A model generated the notes under the pieces. That model was given only the letters and a program-made list of their open reading frames with translations, was not told the origin of the DNA and did not search any database. Shown here in pieces: positions 51,695-64,000 of a DNA stretch of 64,000 nt. The DNA is taken from assembly GCF_037042905.1 (NCBI RefSeq), contig NC_087251.1, forward strand, positions 32,550,001 to 32,614,000. Direction: 5' to 3'. The position numbers and the translations under genes are program-made. Source of the DNA: Lytechinus pictus. Lineage: Eukaryota. Positions within the stretch are counted from its first letter, which is position 1. The number at the start of each line of letters is the position of its first letter.

Positions 51695-54600
51695 CTGCAG
51701 AAAAAATATTGACAATAATGATTTGTTAATGGCTGTTTCAATGTTGAACTTATTCAATATCATATTATGCAATGAATTTACTGGCTAGTCATGATATTTC
51801 TCCAATTGCTAATTTTCTTCATGTTTTTGTTGATCAGTTTATTTTTTTATTCAAATTCCTTCTCTAATTATAATTATATTCAATAAATTATAATCATAGT
51901 TTTCTCATTTCCAATTAAACTCCACCTATGTACTCATGCATTTCCTCATAGGACACTGACAACTATCATCTCAAACTTTCCTTCAAACCAAAATAAGATC
52001 AGAATATCACGGAAATGCAACAATAAAAACGTTGAGAAAAGTGTTGCAAACAGTACTAAGTTACACTAATCGTTGAAGTACATGATTCATAAGCTTAAGA
52101 TTTCGATCTCATTTTGACAATTTTCACAAGTTTGTTTTTGGCATAATCTAATTCATTGAACCTCTTTTTTCTTCTAAATAATATCCATGACATCAAATCT
52201 GAAATGTATAAAACATGTCTCCATCATCTGAAATTATGTTATCTGCCATATCCACACATTCTCCTCAAATCAGATCATGCTGACATACTAAATCATACCA
52301 TATACCAAAACTAAAACACATCATACCAATGTCTTGGCAATTCTTCCTCTATCCATAATATTATCACTCCTTGAAAATTTCCTAACCAGATTCTCATCCC
52401 GATTCTAGTTTATCTGATAATTTACCAGACATTTGGAATTTCACATTCATATGAACTTATGAGCTGCTCATGTGCAAGCTCATGAATAACCAATCTAAGA
52501 TATGTTCGAGGTACATGTTCATATAATTTTCTGACATATTGAATGTATCAATCTTGTTTCGTTTTTTAACATATCCAGAGAGAGAGAAAAGTTGAAACGT
52601 AGATGCATCAGAGTTTCACAATGATTTTTATTGCCCAATAATAAATATCAACACCAGACTATAATGCATCATTAAGTTTCAACTCTCTTCATGTCTTTCT
52701 TTTGTACATCAATATGTGGTCTCCAAATATATATTTTTAAAGAAATATCTTAGACTTAAAATTCAAATCATCATGATACTGCTGAAATATCACTATAAAA
52801 GAATCACATGGTTTGCTTGTCTGCAATGTCCAGAATCTTGGAAAACTGAAGCAAAAAGAGGAAACAGAGCTTTTCAAGGGAAAGTGCCCCAAATTCCACA
52901 TTTCCTTGGCAATTTTTCTATTTCCACTCAAAACTCACTCAGTCATTCCTGCAAAAATCCAATCAATTCTTGAGCTCTTTTATTAGGTACATAAAAAGAC
53001 CCAAAGAGACTGAAAATATCCTCAAAGTTGGCAAGACAAGAAATTAATGGAGAAAAGTGGATTAACTTGCTTTGTGGCACTGGTAAACCACTTCCTTTTA
53101 TAGAATGGAAATCACAGATATCTAGAACAATTTGACATCATCTTTTTACTTTTCCCTTTCTTGCTTTTCTTCTATTTCCGAATCAAGATTAAAATTTCAA
53201 GTTGGAAAAGTAAATGTAACTGACTTCAAAGGATATCCTTGGGTTAACTCTCTATAGGTCAACCCAGTTCAGAATTAGAAATATCAGAGATATAATGCGG
53301 ATCTCAGTAAACCTGTATTTGTGGTTTTGACAATTCTACATTTAATTGAATTAAGCTATTAATAATTAGAATATGTGAAATTGTCTTTTTCCTTTGAATG
53401 ATCCATAAAGGACAAATTTTGTAAAAATATGATATTAATTGGCCTTGAAAGTAGTCATGTCATTTAGTTTTTGACATGCAGGTTGGGCTGGGGACAGACA
53501 ATGGAAATGAAGAAATAGAAATGAAAAATCAAAGAGATAAATGTAAGCGATGTCATTAAAATATCATACATTTTGGTTAAGAAAGCAAACCTTTTTAGTT
53601 CAAAATGACTGAATTCAGAATAATTTGCACTTTTTTGTTTGTAGTTCTGGTGTGCATGAAATCAAAGGAAACATTGTATTCGGCCATTATGGAATACTCA
53701 ATTCATCAAAGCAATGTTTTCAATAGACCAAAAGCTTCAGTCTCTGTATTTTGGTTGTTCCGCTGAACTACGTTGGCTCCACTCACCAATACATAGACTG
53801 AAGAGTTGTTGGCCCGTACCTATAGACAACGTATAGTGAACTAACGTTTTATAGGTCGCGATTTAAAACTGTTTTTAAGCGAAATTTACAGTTTCATGGT
53901 TTCCATTATCAGGGAAATATAAATAACTTAAGTAATTGCGTACCTTGGACCGGAGTTATTGAAAAAAAATCCTCTGGATGATTGAGAAATCTTTCATCTA
54001 AGACATTTTCACCTAAGCTGACGGTTTTTCTTGCAAGTCGCCATCTTGAATGACGTCATTATCCTTATTAACTTTTTAATGTCTCGATATATCGAATGTC
54101 GTCTGCTACCTGTGATCGTAGCGGTTTAGCTCGCATGTGGAACAGATCGTATAATATTGAAAGCAATATCGATATCACATTCATAAATTATTGACGCCCT
54201 CTCCGTTCATTGGTAAATACTTCATATTTTGGCTGCCATTTTGGGGGGTGATTCTCGAGACCAAGACAAGTAAACATCGGTAACATACTATTTTATCACC
54301 TTTTAATCTATTTTTTCAAATTTCTTGATTCTTCACATTCTCAAGACATTATTTAGGTAGTTTCTAAATCCTTTGACTGTGAATTTGATTTTTTTTTCAA
54401 AATATTGAAGTCTGGATAGTACTAGTCGCCCGAATTGGTGACCGTGATAACACATGCGAGCTCACACTAACGTACAACCGTCGGTGAATGGGGATTATAG
54501 TGAAATGTCAGAAATTGTTAAGGAAATCCCCAGAAACGATGGTTATTCCTGTCTATGTTTTCAAATGCTTCACAAGTACAGACACATCATTGTCCCGTTC

Positions 54601-57600
54601 ATTGAATTCTGACTTGCCCACACACAATGTAGGCATTATTTAATTTCTCTACCATCTTACTTAAGAAAAAAAGGGGCAGGTCAGGAGTTGAATATTCTAC
54701 CCCTCCTCCCCTTCTCCCTCTTACCATCAGGTAATACACAATTGAGAGTTCATTTTCCTATTGATTCATGAATCATCCCCAGTCCTGTATGATTTCTGGC
54801 CCCAGGGTTCGTCAAACATGATCTTACACAGACAATAGCCAATTATGTCAGGTCTTGAGAAAAAAAAGGTCTTCCTATCTATGTATCAAGGTATGATTAA
54901 AGCCCTTCTGCTTCTGAGGAACCAATGTGATAAATGTACGGCTCCATGATAGAAAGTCAAGCCTGGCTGACATATAAATCTTTGGAGTAAAAGATATTGC
55001 TTAAGGGCAATCATGATATCATTGCTCTACAGATTAGAAATTCAGGTGCCCACATTCAGTTAATTAGTCATCAATTCATAACATCTACCTCTGACATAAT
55101 CAATCATCATTATGGGTTTACATGTAACCGATTTCAGAAGGATGCTTTTATACTACACAATTATCTTCATCTTATATATGCCCTACTTTATCATTTTGTC
55201 TTTTCATCATCAGGATTCTTTCACACCAGGACAAAAATATACCATGAAAGATCATGTCTCAATAATAATAATAAGAACAATAATAATACATAAGCTTTTA
55301 TATAGTGCTTTTTAATCTTAATTTCATTCTCTAGGCCAGTAAAAAATAATATTATTATTATTTATTAATTATCTTTTTTTTTTTTCTTCATTAAATTTTT
55401 TTTTTATTATCATTATTATTATCATTTTTTCATTATTTTTTTTATTTTTTTTTTAAATTTTATTATTGATATTATTTTCTTTGGGGAGCTACTTTTTAAA
55501 TCTGCTAAATTAGATAAGTCCTAACATTGCAATGAATGGGCATTGTCCAAGGCTCTTTTGAGCATCTTGGGAGTGAAATCGCCCCAAGTCCCCAAGTGAC
55601 TTTTCCCCTGCTATAGGTGCTTGGGTATCTGAATAATCCTTAATTTTCCAAAAAACAGAAAAGTCTTAAAATATATATCCCAGGAAGATGACTTCAAAAT
55701 CTCTGACAAATTAACACCTCAATCAGAGATTACCCATCACCGTTGATAAAGTAACCCAAATCTATCGGATCACACTTTACTCATCCTATGTTAAGAACAC
55801 AGGTGATTGTTGGAAGGGGGGTAAATGAATCCCCCCGTAATTCCCAAGATTTTGAGATGATATGTGAAACACAATGAGTGTGTAATCCCTCGTCTGTCGC
55901 AAAGAGCGATGCTGTGAGCCAACATCCATTCCCAGCTTACATCTAACATGATAATGCAATTTTCTGAAGTTACTCTGATATCAATGTTAAGGAAAACATG
56001 AAGCGTCACATTGTCATGTTTTGGTATCGGGACAACTGGTGAGAACCAATCTAGTGAAGAGCGACATTATTATTTTTCTTTCTTCTTCATTAGTCAAGTC
56101 ATGAATCATATTTTTCTTCGGACTACCAATAAAGAAAACAAGAAAAATAATTTTAAATATTTATGAAAACTCTTCCAAAATTAAATTATACATTTTTAAA
56201 AATCAACTGTGAGCATTTTCACCTTTTTCCTACTCTGATTAAGCCACAAACTTGTGAAGCATACCGGTTCTTGTCAGACCTTATGAATATCTGTATACAA
56301 CTGTAATCATACTGCCCTAGTATTGAAAGATCTTTGCTTCATTCTTTTAACATCATTTTCTCATATTTTACAGGCTTATGTAGTATCCTAATACAAAAAA
56401 TACCACTAAAATGGAATGACTATTAAAAATAAAAGATGATTTTATCAAGATGCTATCTGCTAAATACTGTAGAATAATCTCATGATTCAATCTGAGCATA
56501 AAGCTGACATAAAGAGAATTGTTTTTTATTCTTTGTTTCAACTTCGAATGGTAGCAGGATCCTACTAGCCCCTGGGAAACAGGAATGCCTAGTTTTATGT
56601 GAACAAGGAGTAATGGTTCAAGGGAAATATCTGCATTACCTCCCTTGACAGGCTTACTGTATTTTTTCACCCCTAGAGTATACAAATTTTATCATTATAT
56701 AGTTAAAATAGGAAAAACCACCTCGGGGCATATATCTGCATTACTTCCCTCCAGACACCTTTTATGACCTGTAAGTGTTAATAGGTTTGTTCAATTCCCC
56801 AATGCACCTTCATGGAAGTGGTCAAAATCAAGACCTAGGAAGGTCAAATTCTCTCCTACTTTTTAATGATTATATCTCCCATTAAGATAAAATGGACAAG
56901 ATGATTATTACATCAAGCCTTTGGCTTTGGTAGAATTCATACCAAAGGTATGAGAACTGGAAACTGCCATCAAAGCTAAAGTGAGGGGAATAAATTTGAA
57001 GAAAGAGATGTTAATAAAATGTGGTATGTCCTTTACAAGAAGACTTATAATTAACTATTTCCTGATCTACGGCGGAGTTCCTCAGTTTTGGTGAATATCA
57101 AATTTTAAAGCAACATCAATCTTAGCTTGCGACATAAAAGTGATACGACTCTAAGAGTCTACTGGGTAGGCAGGGTCACTAAAAAAAACAGAGCAAATTA
57201 GATAGCTGGGTAATCGACTATACTATACAAATAAAGCACAGAACCAAGTGCATGAGTACAAAAACAGTGCACATGAGATTTCTAGATAGGTAGCACATTG
57301 TACGCGAGCCTTTGGTCGAGTACCCAGTGTGCACCATCTAAAGAAATCAAGCTTTCACTGCATTTACACACAACAGCGCAAGTGCATTATTTGTTTTATA
57401 AAATAACGGCACAGAATCACAGGTATTTAAAAGGTTCTATGGTATTTTTATTACTCTCCTACTCCCATCACGATAGCATTGGTCTGCTTGAGTGCACAAT
57501 GTCAATTTTCGTTGCACACATTTTGCAATGTGTGAAAGAAGTTGAATGTCATGTGACACATTTTGACCAATTGCAATGCCTGAAATAATGCACCTATGTT

Positions 57601-58295
57601 ATAATATGATGTGTAAATAAATTCCAGAGGAATTAAACCAGGATTCCTTTCCATGTAGATTGGATTGTAGGGGATTCATCATGAGCTCACTTCCAGTCCT
57701 GAATAACTGATATAGAAAGCCCCGAGGATCACCCAGTAATACACCAGGATCTCTAACAGCTTAAACCTAATACAGGTGATGATCAAATCTTCAACGTATC
57801 ATACTGCGCAGATATATCATTGAAATACGGAGACAAAAAGTGAGACTTGATGGAGAGAATCAGTGCAGAGCCACTTGAACCAGGAGTACAATCTTGGCTT
57901 CCTCAGTAGTTTTGGGTTTAAATGTGACCCACTTTGATGACATCATCAAGCTTTCCTTTGGTTTACCTAGGCAATCTACTCTTCATGAACTTCAGAGCAG
58001 GTGTCCGTACTAATCAATCAAGACTTATGCTTCAATATGGCTATGTACTTACAGAAATACACTACGCACCGGCACAAGGCAAAAAACTTACAAGAAAGTT
58101 TTCTTGCATGTGCAAAGAAGAAACATGCTATGCAATAAATGGCGAACCATGATGTGGTCAATATTTTACAGTGACTTAATTGCCAATTTCAATTTAATAG
58201 ATTGTTTTTTCTTCAGTATTTAACATAAATCCCATAACATAAATGTAAATGCTTTATGGTTAATCATGTATTCTTTTAACCCATTGCAACCTTTA

Positions 58296-58649
<354 letters not shown>

Positions 58650-60177
58650 CTACAAACAACAAAGATAATAAATTGCTAATCATATAAAGGCAGGCAACAA
58701 ACATTTCTTGGTAATCATAAGTATTAAGCCAAATTTTAAGTCATATATTTCAATTGTTATTTGCATCTTTTTCAAAACTTAAAAAGTTGAAAACAACAAA
58801 AAAAGATTGACATTTTTATTTACATTCATATTCAACCTTTCACCTACTTAACAACAAGGGTACAAAATAACCTCTTGAACCAAGCAGTTCATATAATTTC
58901 TCTTCATAGATAAGCTTAAAATCTTATTTCATTCGCTGAAATATGGAAGTTCATTCCTCCTTTCACTTGTTCCCTTGAGAGTTAAATTTCTTCCTGAGCC
59001 TTCAAAGTTTATTAATATCAATTTCCCAACTTGTTCGAGATCCGTTGTATAAAGACCTTCCTTCACCTTGGTTTTCTTTTTAAACAGTCAATCATAACTT
59101 CCTGTCTTGTATCCTTCGACCAACGAACCCCTATCATTATTTTAACTTTCTCCCCCTTTTATCAATAATTAATATCAAAGTTGCGAGCTGACATAATGTG
59201 AAATACATATAAGTTGAAGAGGAAATGAGAGGAATTGAAAACTTGAATGTTGCAACATCTAGGTGAGTATGTCTGTGTGACAAAGTCATAACATATGACA
59301 TTATCAACCACATTTTACATTCAATCTGAAATATGATTATTACTCATTAATTATAATCACTTCCCTCCATGTCTGTACACAACAACCAAAAATTAGTCAT
59401 TCATAATATTATTTAGCTGGATATCTGATACTCTTAAAGGCTAATTTTGAATAAATTTAGGAAATAATCCAAAGAATATTAATATGTTATATTACATCTC
59501 TTGTTCCACTGCTTGACAATTGTTATTTGGCAACATAGAAAGTTTCTCTTCAGTCCAAATGTTTTTAATTTTCAAATGTGCAGACACCCAAAGTTTGAAT
59601 ATTGCGTTATTAACTACCAATAAATAAATAGTTTTATTTAATCTTAACAACCTTACCAGTCCACAAATCTACTACCAAATAATTGTGTTTTAGGTTGATG
59701 TAGATTTCAAGTGTGGTATTGGGAAATTACAGTTGTTGTTTTTTTAATCTGTTTGGAAATCCTAACACAAACCCAATATGTACTTCTCCCAAAAAATGAA
59801 AAAACTGGAGTATATATGTCACAAAGAGTCTCAAATCAAACTAAGATATATCTTATAATGTGTTTTATTTTACAATTGTGAGATATAATTTAAAATCAAT
59901 CTCATTTTGAATTTGATTCAAAAACTGTTTAAACTCTTCCCAAGATGGAGCCAATGACTTCCACATACTGTATTAAAGATATTATCCTTCCATGGTGATA
60001 AGCACCTGCTTTTAGCTGAGAAACATGAATGTGAGTCATTCCATCATTGTTATGAGCCATCCAATGAAAGAACATGAATGAGAGACATGGTCTATCCTTC
60101 AGTCCTATCATCCTAAATCTTCAAGTCTTGATTTAGGATGAGTGCAAGGACAACATGGTCGCTTCGGTGGAATTTAA

Positions 60178-60762
60178 AGGAGAATGAAACTCTTGGAGCA
60201 AGTTAGCTTTTGTGAAAGCATAAAAATCAAAGAATAAGATCAACAAAAGTTTGAGTAAAATAGGACTAGCAATAGAAGAGTTATGAGCATGTGAATGTCG
60301 AGATCACTAATGCTATGGAGATCCTCCCATTGGCAATGCGACCAAGATCTATGATGTCACAGATGAACAACTCTTCCCTTTTGGACACTGAAAATATACC
60401 CCAAAACATCTCTTTTTGCTCATTCTAATCATATGACAAACGATTCATCAATGATATAATGTTGTGAAACCTCTGTACTTGTCTTCTCATAAGGGGGAAC
60501 ACCTCACCTTGTGATAGACTCTTTAAAAGTGAGAATATAAGTGAAATAAGTACTAAAGTTATGGGGGAGTTGTACGTGTGTGACATCACAGATCTTGGTC
60601 GCATTGCCAATGGGAGGAACTACATGGCATTAGTGATCTCAATATTCAAATGCTCATAACTTTCTTATTATTCATTCAATCTTCCTCAAACTTTCAACAA
60701 TATGTTTCTTTGATTTTTCTCTTTGATATGGATTCAGCTGGTTTCAAGGGTTTCATTCTCCT
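60178..60762. mobile_element. TTAA-flanked MITE with ~190-bp TIRs (Kolobok-like)
   Basis: ttaa|aggagaatgaaac...gtttcattctcct|ttaa. Long internal inverted match between 60280-60360 and 60580-60660. AG terminus with TTAA TSD. Confidence 0.9.
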
Positions 60763-63297
60763 TTAAGTAATAGTCTGATGTCAAGTCAAGTTCATGTTTG
60801 GTTGGAAATTTTACATTAATTATATTTCATGTGGTGAATGTAGATCAAATATATTCATAACATTTTTCACAACAAATGCCTGAAAAATATTTAGCTGTGG
60901 ATTTAGTGTTTCCCCTTCTACTTGTGGGTTTTTCTTTTTCTTTCTTTCTTTCTTTTTTGAGGGGGATTGGGGAAAGTCATTGCAAAATTACATATTCAGT
61001 AAAGATGGATGATTTTTGTTAATGTAACATATGCGTATTAGTTAGTCTTTATATCTAACAGATTATGAGAGGAAAATGACTGAATATACATACATGTATA
61101 CTTGATGAGCATATTGATACCTATCATTAAAGTCATCCCCAGTCTTGAAAATACCCTTCTCTTCACAACGAAATAATGAATCAAGATAAAATTTAATTAA
61201 CCTGTTTGCTATAATTTATGAATGTGTGAATTGAATTTTGCAACTCTAAGCTTAATAACATCATAAATTTGGAAAGTATGAATAATCTGAAGAGTAATTT
61301 CCTACTTCCATTAAAAAATATTAATATTGCTTTGACTAACAAAATAATCTTGAAAACAAATTAATGATTACTCTATTACACCTGTTAAGTGTAAAATATA
61401 CCCTATTCTACCGAGATAAAATTAAGATGTGAAAACAAGTCCTGTGCAGCACATATCCTCTTCTCCCTGTGGATATAGTTTAATTGCTAATTAGCTTAGC
61501 GATGACAGCTAAGTACAGCAATCACCACAACCATCATTACCCCCCCCCCCCCCCTGTGAACAAGGTTTATTTATGAAAAAAGTGATTCCTCTGTCACACT
61601 GGAAAGATAAGACATAAAACTAACAAGAGACCTCGCAAATGCTACACTGTCATTTATGAATATGGAGAATATTGTGTTGGTTGATGGTAGGTATAGAATT
61701 AAAATGTGGCTAAAGAAAATTGACACTGGATTAATAAAGTAAAATTAAATCAATAAATTTGTTTAATCATTTCTAAATGATAAGTCATTTATTATGTGTC
61801 ATGGACTCGAGTGTAAGTGACTTCAGTAAATTGTCATCACTTGATGATATGGATATGCCCTCCAAAAAACGTCCAGAACATGTAGTTTTGCTCAGAAAAC
61901 ATTGCGGTCACAAATGTAAAACTAATATCATATACAGTGTTTTATAAAAAATCTCCTTGATGACAATTTAAAGTTATTAATATAAGCTTCCTGTAATACT
62001 GGCATTTGATTGGCTGAGCACAAATAACAAATTAAATTTAATGATTTATATGTTTTATAAAAACAACCAGAGAATGGAAATAGAAAATAAATATGGTTAA
62101 TTTCACTCATCAGTTCCAAGTCAAGGATAGCAAAAAGAAAGAGATAAAAAAAATGTGTTTTATCTCAAGTTCATTGTCATTCCTCTGAGTCAGTTGAAGG
62201 GTAGATTTTGTATGAATTTTACCTTGTGAGGAAGAAAGGGACTAAAAGATATCCTATCAACAGTTATTTTTGGAAAATAAGAAAGCATCAGTTCTTGTAA
62301 ACAAACATGGCAAATGACTCATTCTGAAATTATGCCTGACATGGCGACAACAATGAATGGATGGATTGCTCAAATTTGTTGGGCCTAATGCAGTTAAGGA
62401 AATACAAGAGTGAAAGAATTACATTTGATTTTTTTTATCTGATTTTTTTTAATACACAGATGACAGTCACCCTTAGTGATACAAACCATGTTACTATATT
62501 TTAGAATTAACATCATTTATCAACTTTTAAGGATGAAAAAAAAGTGAACAAATAAATGTTGCTTGTGTTTCATTGGAATATCATTTGTAAACATGAAATA
62601 TACAAAATCATGCCATGAAATATAGTTTAATTACTAGGCTTCTTTCTCTATTGATTATATTGACAGTCGGTATATCTACATGCATTTTTTTTCCAAATAA
62701 ATATCAAGAATAAATATCATACATAATAAAAAAAATCTAGATAATTTCTGGATTGATTCAAAATGGTGGTGTGTGAAGATATAATCCAGGGAATTGTCAA
62801 ATCTACGGTAGATCCCATATCCCAATGTGAGGACATGAGATTTTGACAGAACATTGCTACATGTACTGTATACCTTATAAGTGACAGGAATATCCTTCCT
62901 GTAGTACAATGTCCTAGATAGGCCTGACCACGCACTTCCCTCCAACAAGCATATCAACATTTGATACCTGTTTACTAACTTGATAATCCATCTTGATTTC
63001 CTGACCAAGTTAAAACATCTCCTGCCTCAATTACAACAGGAACAAAACTGAGATAATTATATCTTTTTGAAGAGATTTATCCAACTAGGAAGATTTTATA
63101 TAAGTGGAAATGAAATGACAGGCTTTTCCGACATTCTAGTTCAATATTTGATGTAAGCTGACAAGGATATGTTGCATAGGTGAGCACATAAACTATATCT
63201 AATTAACACCCTAGTTTATTATTATGAAATCCATAAAGATTAATATCTGAACCTAAATGGTGATGAAAGATTTGCCATTTTGTTATAGTTCAAAATC

Positions 63298-63431
63298 NNN
63301 NNNNNNNNNNNNNNNNNNNNNNNNNNNNNNNNNNNNNNNNNNNNNNNNNNNNNNNNNNNNNNNNNNNNNNNNNNNNNNNNNNNNNNNNNNNNNNNNNNNN
63401 NNNNNNNNNNNNNNNNNNNNNNNNNNNNNNN
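63298..63431. other. assembly gap
   Basis: Run of N. Confidence 1.
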
Positions 63432-64000
63432 TTTTTTACTACTGATAATCATGTTTCTATTATTGTCTCTGATCTTCTATTTTTAAATCTATGTTATTAA
63501 AAAATTTCCTGCACTTTCTTCTCTTGTAAATAATTAGCATCTCCTTACAAATGACTTTAATGTAATTAATGTAGGTCTCTTTTATTCTAGTTCGAAGGTG
63601 ATGCTTTCATTTGATAAGTAAGTAACCAGTAGGTGATAGACAATATTCTAGACCACTGGCAAGATTTTGGATGCACTGTGTTGAATAGTGCAGTGGTATG
63701 TTAATAGGAATGGCCCCATCCCTCCTTACCTCTTACTCCATCCCATACTATATACTTTCCAAGTAAATCATTACATAAAAGTCAAATCAATCAATCTACA
63801 ACACACGCAGGGCAGAAATGGCTCCATTTCTTTTGGCAAGGAGTAAATCATATCTATAAATTATATGAACCGAGGTGTAAATCTAATTAGCACCCAAGCT
63901 TTGAAGACTTTAGAAATGGAATGGCGCTTTCACTTCCGAGCTCTTTACCACATGCCTGAGATGAACCTTGGCCAATTTGGAGTGATACTTATCAAACTAC

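Noticed and set aside
62860-62960. Next upstream pecanex exon (donor ATAAG|gtatac at ~62872)
   Set aside because: Translation lacks the expected conserved ...LSFRVIK ending. Upstream exons probably lie beyond 64000.

Overview
AT-rich eukaryotic genomic DNA with spliceosomal introns and two assembly gaps (12253-12666, 63298-63431). The repeat landscape suggests a marine invertebrate deuterostome such as a sea urchin; this is inference. Two protein-coding genes are recognisable, both on the minus strand. (1) The last four coding exons of a pecanex/PCNX-family gene (58649-58375, 51694-51594, 50714-50440, 35292-35011) have GT-AG junctions with matching phases. They splice into 933 nt, i.e. 310 aa plus stop, and include a 15.1 kb terminal intron. 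(2) The first coding exon of a TMEM26-like gene lies at 19728-19529; no later exon could be found in the 19.5 kb downstream. The rest is intronic or intergenic DNA full of mobile-element debris. The most striking structure is a transposon cluster at 26.3-30.5 kb. A Helentron/HINE-like element carrying ~163-bp tandem repeats with perfect DR1 motifs sits beside a 3.06-kb Sola2-like element (4-bp TSD ATCT, oriented subterminal repeats). That element contains an 893-bp hAT/Charlie-like element (8-bp TSD ATCTAGAG), which in turn contains a tRNA-derived SINE. Also present are TTAA-flanked (Kolobok-like), CAC-terminal and Harbinger-like MITEs, fragments of L2, CR1 and RTE LINEs, and local tandem duplications. 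I found no well-supported wholly new biological system. The best leads are the nested transposon cluster and possible alternative splicing of the pecanex C-terminal linker.
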